64,000 bases of DNA from Schmidtea polychroa (GCA_044892525.1 CM097885.1:3474001-3538000); one strand, 5' to 3'; counted from the first letter of the stretch, positions 35,550 through 50,620 are shown. The notes: generated by a model not told the origin, from the sequence alone. Translations and numbers: made by a program.

Positions 35550-37261
35550 CAACTGATTGACTGAATTCAAGGTACCAGTACTTGTAAGATTCCAAATAAC
35601 TAGGTAAAAATTGATTAAATTATTGTAAAAATAACATGTAAAACATTTAAATTATTCAAAACCTAGTAAATAAATACAATAAAAAGTCAATTAATGGACA
35701 AGAAAGAACTTGAAATTATAGTCATTGATAATCCAGTAAATATTTATCTTAAATACTAATCATTCAAGTTATTAATAAAGTAATTTTAATGATTTCAAAT
35801 TGATTGACTGATTGCTCAAATTATTCAGAAAATTCAGTATAAATTCATTACAAATCATCAAAGTCGTCAATCTAGACTAAAAATATCTAAATAATTATCA
35901 TTAATTTCCAAAGGAAACTGATATAAGTCCACTAATGATAACATCTAATAAACCAGTAAATTCATTTATGTGACAATATTTAACATTCTTTATATATCCA
36001 AGTGAATTCTCCACTAAAATCATCTAAAAAGCCTCAAATTTCGTTAAAATATCTATCCATCTTTAAAGATTAATATTTTATCGATAAGTATCTGTAAAAG
36101 ATAATATCTAACTAATACGATTTATTAAAATCCATTTAAATGACTATAATTCTAACTCCTTTAACTTTGATTATCTAAAGATTACAAATATTTCACAATA
36201 AAACATCTAAAATCAAGTAAATTAAATTGGTCATTAACCTCAAATAATTTATAAAATCATTTGATAAAACCAGTTATAATTATAAAGAATTAAATTTTTG
36301 TTCTATCACTCTACTCGAAATTTAAAATAAATATTACTATACTTTTAACTGAATATATCCCACTTAGAATATTCCCACATAACCGATCCCTCGCCAAATA
36401 ATTCTACCCCATATTTATATCCAACCGAATATATATCCAAAGATTCATGAAATTCCACCCACTTGAAATCAATTCTTTAAAAACCCTTAGAAAAGGTGAA
36501 TTATGTTCAAAAATATGAATTTTCATTAATTGCTTTCGCCACCCAACATACATCTATGAAATATTGTAATATCTAAATAGATATATAATAAGAAAATCCT
36601 TGATCAAAATTTAATAAAATCAATATTTTCTACAAATCAACAAAATATTTCACCTCATCTACCATCAAATACCTAATTAGAGATTATATTTTCTCATTGA
36701 TTGAAGAAAACTTTGATAAAATTATTCTGAGGTGCTAAGAATCTTCATTGAAATAGAATTATTAGTGGGAAAATAAATTGATTGATCAAATTATTCATCG
36801 ATTCCGACCAAATTTTATTATTCATTGAACTATATTATTCTTAAAAGATGGAAATCTTAATTGAGATAGAATTAATGTCTACTGGTATAATTGCTAAAGG
36901 AAAATACACTAACAAGTGGTATTGAAATGTTTTTAATGAAAAATTGACGTATAAGATTGGAGATATATTAAGTATTTATTTAAAAAATATTTTACTAAAA
37001 CATCACTTGAGTATTTAGTTCAATTTTACAGAAGAAATATTTGTGGGGTGAATAAAAATCATTCGATGATTATTAGTGTGAAAATAAATATTGTAAATCA
37101 GCACCTGTTGATTGTTCACATTATTAATATAAGGATTATTTCTTACCTAAATTGTTACATGTCAAACCATGAAATGGTATTTGACTTTGAAATAATTACC
37201 AATTGTTTTAATATATTTTTGGATAATTTATCATATAGTTCAATGAATAATAAAATTTGGT

Positions 37262-37436
37262 TGGAATATATACACCCATGTTAAACAAGGTATGTGTATA
37301 TAGAATGTATGTGTAAAATTATCGGTCCTTATTGACAACTTCCTGTAGAGGCAAACACAGAATATTGCAAACATATAATAATTCTCTACCCCATAACTTA
37401 GTGTGTAAAAATTATTTTAGGTTTTTGACTAAATAT

Positions 37437-37473
<37 letters not shown>

Positions 37474-37788
37474 TTGATAATAATAATAAAGTTTAATGGG
37501 TTGTATATGTGTGTAAAAAATATTTTAGGTTTTCACTAATAATAATAACTCCCGCGCGTGTTACTTTGAAATAATAGGGTATGTGTATATAGAATGTGTG
37601 TAAAATTGTAAATTATCGCTCTTTATTGACAACTTCCTGTATAGGCAAACACAGAATACTGCAAACATATAATAATTCTCTACCCCATAACTTAGTATGT
37701 AAAAATTATTTTAGGTTTTCACTAATATTGATAATAATAATTGTTAATGGGTTGTATATGTGTGTAAATAATATTTTAGTTTTTTTTC

Positions 37789-37824
<36 letters not shown>

Positions 37825-38349
37825 TCCCGCGCGTGTTACTTTGAAAGAAAATATTGAAAATTCAAAAATTAATAATAATATTTATGCAAATTAATAATTA
37901 TGTCTTTGTTAAATAAGTCAACTTTAGTGTCAAAATAAGTTTTTTTTTAAATATATTTAAATTTTAAAATACCGCAACGCAATATTTTTTTTGTCCTACC
38001 CCTTCATTGATTTAAGTTGGTCAGAATTTAATAATAATTTTTTTTTAATAATAAATAATAATAATACTTTGAAATTGTATTTGAAAATAATTTACGACAT
38101 GTTGAATGTGAGTAGTACCTTTGCGAGCAGTACATTAGTAACCTTTACCTTTGCGACCATTACCCAATGTGTTAATAAATTTTAGTGTATATTTAAAGTA
38201 TAATATTTAGAATTTCTTTGTTAAAGTTCTGTCTTGAATATTTTTAGCAGTACCTTTGCGACCTTTGTGGCCTTTACTTTTGTGACCATTATTCATAGGG
38301 GAACAGAATATCTTGTCGGATAGACTCAGACTATATATAATTATAATAC

Positions 38350-38421
<72 letters not shown>

Positions 38422-38650
38422 TTGTTGCATGTGTGGACACTAATAAGATTTTTTATACATTGTGTGTAATAATATGTTAAAGTTTTAGCAATACCTTTGT
38501 GACCATTACCCTTAGAGGAACAGAATATCTTGTCTGATAGACTATATATGATAATAAAAAGTATGTGCAATAATTTTATTTTGTCAACTTTAGCGTCAAA
38601 ATAAGTTTTTCAAATATATTTAAATTTTAAAATACCGCAACGTAATATAT
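37262..38650. repeat. Inverted, internally duplicated copy of the 13620-14600 repeat
   Basis: Reverse-complement similarity; shadow ORFs 13733..14005 and 37991..38185 share translation. Confidence 0.8.
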
Positions 38651-39469
38651 TTAAAAAGTATGATTAGTCATGTGTGTCTTTGTTATGCAATATGTCTTTG
38701 TTATATAAAATTGAATATAAAGATGGGGAAAGCTGGTTTGTAAATATGTCAATACAGGATATAAAATAGATGAGAAAGATGTCACCGATTTGGAAATAAG
38801 ATAGTGATCGAATTTCTCTAGGATTTTAATAAATGTTTAGTTTTTAATACATCCTTTAATATGTTTTTAATATAATTATTTACTATGAGTTAAGTATAGA
38901 TGAATAATTTGTATTTTTTAAAAGTTGAAAATATGTGTGTATGTAAAAGTTGGCTGAAAAATACATTGTTTAAGGTGTTTTGAATATGAATTTTAAGTAA
39001 ATAAAGATGTCATTTTATAGAGATTAAAATTCTATCTATATATTGTTTGAGTGAAAATATCTCAATTTGTTTAAAAAGATGTGTAAATTTAAAAATGGTG
39101 TACTAAAAATGAAATTTCAGAATTTTGATTACATCATAGTCTCATTTAACAGAGAATAAAATTTCAAGTATAATGACATAAAAAATTCTTATAAAAAATT
39201 AAAATCAATGACGTAATCAACGCTTTGAAATTTTTTAAAAATGTTACATAATCGACGATTAAAACAAATAAAAATATAATGTAATCAATAATTAAAACAA
39301 AAATCTTACGTAATCAATGATTAAAACAAAAAATAAAATTATTGTGCAATCGATAATTAAAACAAAAATTTTAATTAAAAAAAGTATGTGGGGGGGATCT
39401 TTTTAAAAAAAATTTAAAAAATAGTGGGGGGTCTGGATCTGGAGCCTACATGGATCTGGACCCTACATA

Positions 39470-39770
39470 ACTACCTACTAAAATGCTTAGCAGCTAGAAA
39501 AATAGCAAGTAATTCTCTGTCGAATGCACTGTACTCTGCCAATGAAAATATTCTTGAGAAAAATGCTATTGGGAGTAAAACATTGTCTTTAATATGATGA
39601 AGGACTGTGCTGCGTATTTGAATAGAGCGTCTTTGACTGTGTTGAATGCGTTACGTGTTGGGTCAAACCAGTTAATGGTGGAGTTTTTCTTTCCTTTGTT
39701 CAGTGTTGAAAGAGGTGCCGTTATGTGTGATGCGTATTTTATCAATCTGTGACAGAAATTGGCTATAGAT
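39470..39770 (-). pseudogene. Gypsy-like RT connection/RNase H fragment
   Basis: Manual translation: ANFCHRLIKYASHITAPL..INW....NAFNTVKDAL and YSAFDRELLAIFLAAKHF. Confidence 0.8.
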
Positions 39771-42700
39771 AATCTTTTGTGATAAATTTCATTTGAAATA
39801 TTTTTATAAATTTTTTTTTATTTTGTATTTAATATTAAAAAATAATTTTTAATTTGAATTTTCACTTTTGTTTATTTTGTTGAAAACTTTTCACGAATTC
39901 TTTTAATCTTTCATAAAATTTTAAATGGGATTTTTCAAATATTATGTTTTATTGAGACAAAGCCAAAAATGTTTGTTGAATATATTAAAAAATATTTAAT
40001 CTTTTGTCAAAATGTGCTTAAAGAAATTATCATCAAAAAGATCAAAGGTGATAAAAACAAAATAAAGTTTTGTAATTTCCCTTTATTATTTTTATGTTAT
40101 TTCTATATGCGTTGTATAAATTAGTCAATTAGTCAAACAATCAGCAGCCTCATCTTTTTTAACTATAGAAAACATAAATTTTCATTATTTTTAACATTAT
40201 ATACATTTTGTTATTTACATTTTTTTATTTTTAAGATGGTTTGGAGTTTATCTACAATTTTTCTATTTAATGAACCTAATCTACTTATTTTTGTAATTGT
40301 AAAATGAATTTCGGTTATTCTATTTATAATCCAACTACTTTCTAGCTCTGTTATAGTTTGTATTTTGCGAAACTGAAAGTAATTATAACTTGAAGCAAGC
40401 TCCATTTACCATTGTTCGACTCAATTGAATTCAAGTTTTCTTCCAAAATTTATTTATTAATTACAATTTTAAATTCTTTTGTTTTTCTCAAAGTTTAATC
40501 AACCAAGAAATGTTATTTATTAATTTTGATTTCAATCTAAATATTTTTTAAATTTTTTAAGTTTTTAAATATTAAAGAAAAGTATATAAAAGAAAATATT
40601 ATATTTAAAATAAAAAATCTTTATATTATAAAGAAATATTTTGAAGAAACTTCGAAGAAACGATAAAATAATTTGAATTTTTGATTTTTATCTTTAACTA
40701 TCTTAATTTTACGATCATTTTCACAATTGATAAACGAAAATGATTCGTTAACATACATGTCTTAAGTAATTAATCGAAGAATTTCCCCGAAGAACTTTTT
40801 TTGGCTTAATTATGATGTAATAATCAAAAAGTGATAATTTACAAATATGTTATTTATTATTATTAATGAAACCCTTAAATAATTATAAAACAATTTACAT
40901 GGACCAAACTTGGTAAGATTTTTATTTTAATTTTTAAATTTATTTTTAAATTTCAGAAAATGACTAAATTTTTCTAACTCTTTAAAATTATTTTTTTTTG
41001 GAGGTTTTCCACTTTAATTGATCTCATTTTTATTATGCATTCTATTATTGTAATTCTGTTCTTCAATAAGATTTTATCTTTGTTCATTTTGATTTTTTAA
41101 AGATTCGAAATTTAAAATTTTTTTGAAATTTTGAAATTTATGTCATTATATAAATCAATTTATAAAAACATTCCCATGCCAATTTTTTAAATTATTTCTT
41201 TGTATAATTTTGAAATATTAATTCATTTTTGATACAATCTAATGATTATATTAGGTCAATTCCTACGCAAATTATTTTTATCATATTTTATAGAATATTT
41301 GACACTTATATAACGCCAAAATTTTTATAATAATTTTTGAGTATTTAAACAATATAATGTCCACATTATCAAATTATATCCACAAACCAATCTAATTTTT
41401 TAGACAAATAAAATTATTTAGACAAATTTAACATTTCTTTAATAACCATTGTAAATAACCATAAAAACTCATTTAATACATAAATTTATTTATTGTCATT
41501 TTAATTTTCCAAATTGGTTTAATCTTGGCACCTTGAATAAGTATCTGAATTTTTGATTTTGTATCTTCAACTATATTAATTTTACAATCTTTTTCGAAGT
41601 TGATAAATGAAAGTTTTTAGTTAAAATACATGTCTTTATTTATTGATGGAAGAATTTCTCCAATATTTCCAATTTGAATACTGAATTGATAGGTTTTTTA
41701 ATTAATATGTTCCTACAAAAAATCAATAATTTAAATAATTAAATAAAAATACCTTAAATGAATAAGTAATAGGATATTTCAAATAGTACACATTATATTG
41801 AAAGGTATTGTACAGGAGGGTTATATGACAAACCAACTGAGATCAAATATCCAAAACCCTTCATTGGGTGATCAAGGAGGCCTATTTTAAAGTATTTTTG
41901 GCTGCAAAATGCCAAGAATATATCATAAACCTCCCAACGTCAGACGAAATATATTCGAATATATATATTATAACCATCTACTTAGTTATAATATCATCAT
42001 CAAAGTAAGTTTTTACTTTTTAATTTTATATAATTTATAATTTTATAATTTAGAAAAGAAAAAATGAACTTTAATTATAAGCGAAAAAGAAGCATTCAGA
42101 AGAGTTCCGATATTCCGGATGAAGAAATGTTTTATCTGTATGAAATAATAACCGATGCGTAAAAAAGAATTTAAAATTGCTTGCAACATGCGACAAAAGT
42201 GATTGCGAATTCTGCACCGATAATAGGTTTTATACACGACGTGCAAGTGGCACTCGGGAAGCGGAAATGAAAAATTGCCAATTGAAAACGTGGATATTTC
42301 AATTCGATTGATATCCACGTTTTCAAAATCTTCGAGGATCTATCAAATGATGAAGATCGTTTCATCACATAATATTTCTATTTGACGAAGAAGCGTCATT
42401 TTGGTAATTTATTAATTTATATTTAATTTTATTATTATTATTAATTTTAGATACTTCTACAAAGCGAATTGAACCATCAATCAATCTGGATCGATTTTGT
42501 TTTAATAAATTTTGAAAAGCCGAAATGTTTTTTTTACTTTATTTTGTTAGTAAATTTTATTGTATTTAATATTTTTATGTGGAATCAGATACATATTTTT
42601 ATTGCATCTGATTTTATTAATTTTTATGAGGTAATAAATAATTTGAGTTAAATAATTTTTATTATTTTAAATAAAAACAGTATGACTTTAGTAATTTTAT

Positions 42701-43019
42701 ATATTATTTAATAATAATTTAATAATTTTTATGAGGTATTAATTACATGTTTTTATTGTATTTGAATTAAATAATTTTTATTATTTTAAATAAAACCAGC
42801 TTGATTTTGGTAATTTTATATTTAATTTTATGATTAATTTAGATACTTCTACAAAGAGAATTGAATCATCAATCAATCAGGAGCGATTTTTATTTAATCT
42901 TTCATCCTTACTATTTTAACGACTACAGTAAGCATGTATCGGATACACGGATACATGGATACACACACATGATTAATAGCGACTTATACATGTATATGTG
43001 ATTTCCTCTCACCAAATTT

Positions 43020-44362
43020 GAGATATTTGCGAAGAAAATGTGTGTCGCTCAATAGAGATTGGTTGATAATAAATCTCCGATAATAGTTACATATACCTAG
43101 AAAGCTTCTCAAATTCTTTATACACTTAGGCCTCTGAAATGATTTAATAGCCTCAATTTTACTTTGATCTGTCCAAATCCCCTGACTGTTAATAATGTGC
43201 CCTAAAAACTTTACTTCGCTCTTTAATAACTAACATTTTTCTGGGTTGATTCTCAATTTAGCTTCCCTTATTTTCTCTAGAACTTTTCCAAACACATTGT
43301 AATGTTCTTCAATTGTTCTTGTAAAAATTAAAATATCGTCTAAATACACCATAACTCCTTCTTTCCATAGATCCTTCAATATTTTTGTCATTAATTCTTG
43401 GAATGTACCCGGTGCCGCCGCAATTCCAAAAGGCATTCTATTAAAACAAAATTGTCCTTCTTTAGTAGAAAATGCTGTCTTTTCTTGCGATTCTATGTCC
43501 AATTTCACCTGATAATAAGCGTTCCCAAGGTCTATAGAACTAAAGTACTTAGATCCATTAATGTATCTAGAATTTCTTCTACATTCGGCATAGGAAAAGC
43601 TTGTCTTTCAGTAATCTTATTAAGCTGTCTAAAATCTAAACAAAGTCTGATATCTTTTTTGTCTTTTTTCCACACGCATACTAACGGCGTATTCCAAGGT
43701 GAATTACATCTTCTTATGATATCATTATTTTCTAAATTTTTTATAGCAGCATTTATTTTCTCCTCTAAATTGATGGGTTGTCTTCTGGGTTTTATCATAA
43801 TTGGCCCTTCTTTTGTGATGATTTTATGTGCAATTAAATCAGTACATCCAATATCCCAGTTATTAGCCATAAAAACACTTTTATTGTTTTTAACAATCTC
43901 TAACAGTCTTTTATTTTCGTTTAATCTTAGAATTTCTATTGCTCTTTGACATCTCTCGTTATCTGTAATCTTTTCCCCAAATCTAGCTTCTATTTCACAT
44001 ACAAATTCATTATATCCTTCTTCATTTTGCTTGATGTAGTTTAATTCAATTCCAAACTCTTTCTGCAATTTCACTCCGCCTATTATATCTGGAACAATAT
44101 TTTTAACTATTATAAATGTTATTTTCCTTTCCATATTACCAATTCTAACATCAATATATATTTTTCCGATTGTCTCTAATTTACTATCATTTGCACATCT
44201 TAACATCTCATCTGTTTTTATGATTTTCACATTCACTAATTTTTCCACAACTGCTTCTGCCATTACATTTACTCTTGCTCCTGTATCTAGTAAGCATTCT
44301 ATTTTATAACCCTGAATTTCAAGAGTTGTACTCGGTCTACCTTGCATTTTGTCATTACTCAA
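43020..44362 (-). pseudogene. pol: Gypsy pol (aspartic protease + reverse transcriptase)
   Basis: ORFs 43532..44362 and 43230..43508 plus continuation KFLGHII...RSFLGICNYYRRFI. Confidence 0.9.
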
Positions 44363-44735
44363 TTTCGGTCGTTTCCATTCATCTTTAGTGAAAATATTTT
44401 GCTCCTCTGATATTTCATTAATCCACCCAATTTCATTTCTCTCTAATTTATCTTCTGCCTTCTTAATAAATTTATAAACTTTTTCATTTACTATTTTATT
44501 ATTATATTCTGCTTCTTAATTTCACTATACTCTTCTTGATTCTTAGGATTATTATTATTATTATTTATTAAAGATCGATCAGCATTAAAATAACTATAAC
44601 ATTAAAAATTATTTGAAGGAAACTTTTTAAAATTACAAATATTATTACATAAAGGTTCTACATTATTATATATATAAGGATTATTTACATTATTAAAATT
44701 ATTATGACCAATATTTACATCAATATCAAAATTAC

Positions 44736-45792
44736 CTAGTATATTGCTCCGATCATTGCCTCCCGTGTCGAAGCATGTACTTTTGGGCGCTGAATCTCCT
44801 CATATTTGTCTTCTGCATCATCTGAATACTCAAGTGGCATCGTTTCATCATTAGCTTCAATTGCTGCAATTGTTCTTCCTGGATTGTTGATCTTTTGTTG
44901 ATAGCTTGTGGTTCGATGGGCATAATAATTATTGTTTTTCATGTTTGAATTAGTTTGAAACTTCCTTCTTTCAAAATTTGTATAGCAGTCAATCTCCTTA
45001 TGTCCACGTAAGTGACATCTCTGGCATTGAATCGTTGAACATTCTCGCCGTACGTGGCCTTCAACTCCGCATGCAAAACACGTAATTTTCTTTTTCATTT
45101 GGCATTCTCGACTCACATGACCAATTTTCTGGCATGTCCAGCATTCCAATTGTCGGTTACTGACGTTTCGCTGCTTGAAATTATTATTTCCGTTTACCAT
45201 TCCTCTTTGAGCAACATCTCTGTAGCTTCTGTAGTTTTGAACAACCGGTGAAGTCTTCACAACATTAATATGGCCTATAATTTTGTTTACCTTTTCTAAT
45301 TTCTTTATTGTCGCTTTTATTTCTTCTGATGTTTTCAAATCTTTCATCTCGATCTCTTACACAGTTTGTAAGCAGGCATTTTTCTATTTCTTCTTCATCC
45401 CATTTGTGCGCTATTAATTTCTTTGTCATATTTTTAATTTTCTCTATAAAGGTTTCGGCTGAATCTGATCCTTGTTCATAACTCAAAGCTTCTTTTAGAT
45501 CATCCATTAATGATGTCGGTTTTGAAAATGCATATCGAAGTTTCTCTTCCATAGTTTTTCCTTTGGCTGCTTCATAATCTTCCATTAGCGATCTGTCAAG
45601 TAATGTTGTAGTTAATATTACTTGCATCCTAATTGTTGTTTTTGTCGCGCCAAAAAACCTTTGACAATCCTTGATAAAATTTTCTAAATCATCGCCTTTG
45701 TGAAATTTCTCAGGTAATAGTCTGCTTATCAATAAATCCCTGGTCGTGGTCGCCATGTTAGACGCAATTAAATTCAAATCTTCTTCAAGCAT
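44736..45792 (-). pseudogene. gag: Gypsy gag, frameshifted
   Basis: ORFs 45265..45792 and 44736..45347; CX2CX4HX4C three times. Confidence 0.88.
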
Positions 45793-46099
45793 TTATTTTT
45801 ATAACAACTTCAAAAATTGAGCCGTTTACTAGAATATTTAAACACCGAGGCGTGATAATTATTAATATTAATGTAATTACTGGTCATACATTTAATTGAT
45901 TTAATTTAATATAATTTAATATAATATGATATAATTTAATATAGAATTTAAATATATAAATTTAACAGAAATAATTATTTCTACTAACTGATCTCACTTC
46001 TACCATTTAACCATAATAATTTTATATAGAGGTTTACTACCTCCTTACAATTTGTATAATTTATAATGGCTCCTAATTAAATGCAAACTAAATAATCCC

Positions 46100-46345
46100 A
46101 TTTTGCACACTAAAAATTTAACATTTGCTAACTATTTTTGCAAACTAAAAAATAATTTTTGCACACTATAAAATTGATTTTTGCTAACTATTTTTTGAAA
46201 ACTAAAAAAATGATTTTTGCACACTATTAAATACTTATTTGCTAACTATATTTTGCAAACTAAAAAAATGAATTTTGCACACTATAAAATCGATATTTGC
46301 TAACTATGTTCTGCAAACTAAAAAATAAATATTTGCACACTATTT
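46100..46345. repeat. ~59-bp subterminal tandem repeats of the MULE
   Basis: TTTGCACACTA..TTTGCTAACTAT..GCAAACTAAAAA repeated about 4.5 times. Confidence 0.85.
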
Positions 46346-48344
46346 TCAAAAATATTTATACATTATAAAATAAAAATTTCAGATATTTCAATGAATAAAA
46401 AAGCATAGAGATTACCATTTATTGTGAATGCTTAAATACAACAATTTATAGATATTTAAAAAATGGTTTAACAAAATGTTTTGTATGATGGCTGCATTTT
46501 ATTTGCACTAGATATAATAAATTTTTAGTTCTACTGCAACAGCAATGCTTTTCTTGCTTTTGCAGGGCGACCTCTCTTTCTTTGGGTTCCAATTGGAACA
46601 TTTTTCGCTTCGGTTGGAGGGGCTACAAGCTTTAGTCGAATAGCTAATCCAACAATGTGTTTGCAAAGCATTATTTAAAAAAAGAAGGGCAGTTACAGTC
46701 TCCGTTAATCCAGTCATTTTGATCCTTTGGTAAAATAGTAGTCCATGAAAGAAATGCATTAATTTTAAACTCATCAAACGTTTCCCAGTTGTCAATTCCA
46801 TCGCCGGTTTCTGTCAAATCTTTTGCAGCAATTTTGTAAACAATACCACTCTCTGTTGATTCTGGAGAAATGGTTTTCTTCAACTTTGCCCACTGGTATG
46901 AGCTAGTCCAAAGTTCCAAATCAATTTCTGGTTCGGTTTTGATGATTTTAATTCCAGATTCGTAATTGTTGGACCACCTTTCAATCCAATCAACCAATCC
47001 AACAGTAAATCTTGATAGTGAGACTCGCTCTCTCATAGAATCTTCATCTTTCATGACTCGGTTGTATGCCTCAAGGGCATTGTTTGTGCTAGGTGTTAGT
47101 TTTTTAGCACCTTCAAACCAATTTTTATTTGATTTCAGCCATAACAAACTCCTTGTTTGCCTTCCACTTTTTCAAGAATAAAATTGATGCTTTTTCAAAA
47201 ACTTCTCTGGATTGACTGAGTTGCAAAGAATCAATGTCAGACAAAATTTCCTGTCTTGCATCTTTTGGAATCAAAGAATCCACTTTTTTCTGAACATTTC
47301 TTTTCATATGAGCCCAGCACATAATCACCAATACGTCTTTGCCAAACACTGCTATAAAAGAGTTTTGGATGCTTTTTGATGCATCAGAAATTAATGTGCT
47401 TAGATTGAAGGAGCATTGAAGATTTTAGAAACTTCATTCTTCAATGCAGTAAACATAAATTTGAAGTCCTCAGTTTTTTCATCGGTGCATACTCCAATAC
47501 CAAAACAATGAAACTGGCGATTGCGATCTGTTGTACCAATAACAAGAACAGGGAAGCCTTGCCATACAAGTTTGTATGTAGCATCTGCATGAATGCTGTC
47601 AGCGTTTAAAGCCATTTTCAACATTGTTTTGGATGAAATGAAGTACCGGAAATATCCAGTGTCCTCATATTTAATTTCATATGCAACAACAAATGCTTTG
47701 TTATCTGCTTCTGGAACAGCTGAATGAATTTGCAACCACTGATTTAATTCTCCAAGCCTAATGATGTTGGCACCATATTTGGACTTTCTCAAGGATGCCA
47801 TCAAGGATTATTCAGTTGTGTTTGACTCGGAAGGGGTAATTTTTCGTTAGACAAATGTTCTAACATTGCTTTTGGTTTCAATTTTAAAGCAAACAATTTG
47901 TCAATTTCAGCTTTGACGGTATCTGTCATTGTTGGTCTTGTTTTGATGTTGTCACAATCATGTGCATGTCCTGATCTGTATAGAACAACATCACTAGTGC
48001 TGGACTCGTATCACAAGTAAACTGAGGCTGAACATTATTACCCACGAAATTTATTAAAACCTCTTTTTCCCCTCTTCAGTTTTATTTGTCCGAAAACAAG
48101 ACCACACTTTTTCGTTTTTTACAAAATCCCCAGTTTCATTTGAACTTGCAAATGCATTTGCTCTTTTCCAGTCTTTGCAAATTTTTTTCCTTCGAGTTTC
48201 AAGTTTTAAAACGTGTTCTTCATCTTCATTTCCTGGAACATTCTGGAACAAAGTCAAACTCTGAATTTTTTTAAAATTCCACCATTGCTATAACGACAAA
48301 GAAGTATTTATTATGAATAAAACAAATATAGTTAGAAAATAATT

Positions 48345-48490
48345 TATTTATAGTTAGCATTACTATAGTTAGCTTTTATTTATTATAGTTTGCATTTATT
48401 ATTTAAAGTTATTTATAGTTAGCATTTATTATTTATAGTTAGCATTTATTATTTATAGTTAGTATTTATTATTTATAGTTAGCATTTATA
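48345..48490. repeat. 20-bp subterminal tandem repeats of the MULE
   Basis: ATTTATAGTTAGCATTTATT units; core TAGTTAGCA is the reverse complement of TGCTAACTA at the other end. Confidence 0.85.
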
Positions 48491-48690
48491 GTGTGCAAAT
48501 ACATTAAAATAGTGTGCATTTAAATTGTAGCGATTTATAATTATTAATTGTAGAATTTATTATTATTTGTAGAATTATTATTATTAAATTGATAAAATGT
48601 TGTAAATTTAATTTATAAATTATAAATTATGTAATCATGTTGGTAATTTTATATATTATTTAATAATAATTTAATGATTTTCGATTAAAA

Positions 48691-49193
48691 ATGGACGATG
48701 AATTAGATAATATTTTACGTGTCATGTTGGCAGGAGAAAACGGTAAATTATTTTATTTTTATTATTATTATTATTTATTATTTTAGAGAATTTATGGTAT
48801 GAAGTCACCGAGGCCAAAAACTATAATCAAGATCTGCCAATTAGTGACGATGAATTAGATCTTTTATTAAGTAAATTTATTTTTAAAATTTAATCGAAAT
48901 TAAAATTATTTAGTTGATCAGCCTATTAATGACGGTGAAAATGTTATTGGGGACAATAGGCGAGATATTATCATGGAATCAACGGGTAAATTTATTTAAT
49001 TTATTTATTATTTATTTATTATTTATTTATTTTACAAAAACTTTATGTGATGATACCTCAAATGTAGTATATACCCCAAATATTAATGATATTTCTGATG
49101 ACTATGCCCGCACGTCTATTGAGAAGGAAATTAATCATGCCTCCGTTTTTTATGGGGATGAAACTGAGGATGATTTCGATATAGAATCAAAAT
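48691..49193 (+). pseudogene. Predicted spliced acidic ORF (exons 48691-48742, 48787-48870, 48914-48985, 49038-49193)
   Basis: Introns of 44, 43 and 52 nt, all phase 1, open frame. The third acceptor reads CAA instead of CAG. Confidence 0.6.
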
Positions 49194-49424
49194 GTTAGTT
49201 ATATTTTATCATTATGTTTAAAATTAATTTAAAATTATGTTTGATAATTAATTTTGTTTAATAACCACATATAAATTATGAAAATACTGAATATGAATGA
49301 AATGCTGAAAATTATCAAAATGTTGAAAATTATGAAAATGTTCCTCTAAATTATGAGAAATATGAAAATGATTCTGAAAATAATAATGAAATTGTTCAGT
49401 GTTTCATCTATAGCATTTTAATTT

Positions 49425-50620
49425 AGACAAAAATTATTATTAATTGTCAAATAACAGTTTATATGGCAAAACAGTAGAGAATTTAAAGAGAAGAATGAAT
49501 CTTAGTCTTTGTACTACTGCTGGTAAATTAGTAAAATATTCATCAAAACCAACTTTTAAAAAATCTACTAAAATAGATGATAATTTAATTGCTGCATTAC
49601 TGAATTCAGATTCTATATGGTTAGATAGACCAAGTTACATTGGTCAATCTGTACTTGATCTATCTAAACTATCTAAAGTGATGGAGGCTCTTTGTCATTT
49701 GATATTTTGTCAAAAAATTGGATTATTAATAATATGGGAAATCATAAAGAGAAATAAATTTGAATAGTGGGAGGGATTCTCTTCCAACTCCTTAATCACT
49801 ATTAAATAAGCATTGTTTAATTAATATCAACAATACGGTTTGTTTGAGTTTCATCTATAGCAATTTTTCTATTTTGAAATATAATGACGTTTGTAGTATT
49901 AATAGAAATCGAATTAGTAATTATATTATTTTTTATCAGATGAAACAATAATTATGATAAGTATGATTTGTCAATGTTGTAAAATGTTGAAATATTTTGA
50001 TAATTTTGGTAATTTTAGATAAAAACTGCAAATTTTCAATTTTTGGATTAATATAATAAAGGCATTAGGGAATTAAATGAAAAAAACACTAATATTACCG
50101 AGTTCGGAAGAAGTTGGATTATAAAAAATATAACAGAAATATAACTAAAATAAGTAGATTAAGAAGGTTAAGTGGTAGGAGTTTTATTGAAACACCAACA
50201 TATCTAAAAAATAAATATTGTTTAATCAATATTAAAAACACTGATGGCTTTTTATATAGCATTTTAGTTATTTTAAAATATGATGAAGTTATTATACAAT
50301 ATAGGAATAGGACATAATTTATCTGACCTAGTATACGACTCGTCAGAATTACCAATGAAACTTAAAGATATTAGGAAATTTGAAGCTAAAAATCTAGGTT
50401 TAATAATTAATGTTTTTACATATGACAATAATAGACAATTAACCGAAAATGATGTATTAAAACATCAGCATATGGATATTATACATCGTTCCAAAGTTTT
50501 AAATGGAACTATAATTAATTTATTATTATTAAATAAAGGGAACAAATTCCATTACGTAGCTATAAGCAACTTAAATAGGTTAAAATAGGTTACGATCATT
50601 TTGGTGCCAGCGGTGTTTGA
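49425..50620 (+). pseudogene. Scrambled Polinton pPolB fragments
   Basis: NNSLYGKTVEN..RPSYIGQSVLDLSKL, then SFIETP..KYCLINIKN..HYVAISNLNR; similar to element A pPolB. Confidence 0.85.

Larger units (their letters stand above)
43020..45792 (-). mobile_element. Ty3/Gypsy LTR retrotransposon relic (gag, protease, RT; 3' truncated, no LTR seen)
   Basis: Gag with three CCHC knuckles, LLDTGA protease, SPWNTP..RLCLDFRQLN, RMPFGI, YLDD; several frameshifts and stops. Confidence 0.93.
46068..48532 (-). mobile_element. Mutator-like (MULE) DNA transposon with SWIM-finger transposase pseudogene
   Basis: 9-bp TSD ATTTATAAT (46059-46067 and 48533-48541), imperfect TIRs, HADATYKL, MCWAH, TNNALEAYN, CNCP..CKH. 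Confidence 0.92.

Noticed and set aside
42040..42500. Cys-containing coding remnant or host exon
   Set aside because: Multiple stops, no recognisable domain, cannot be supported.
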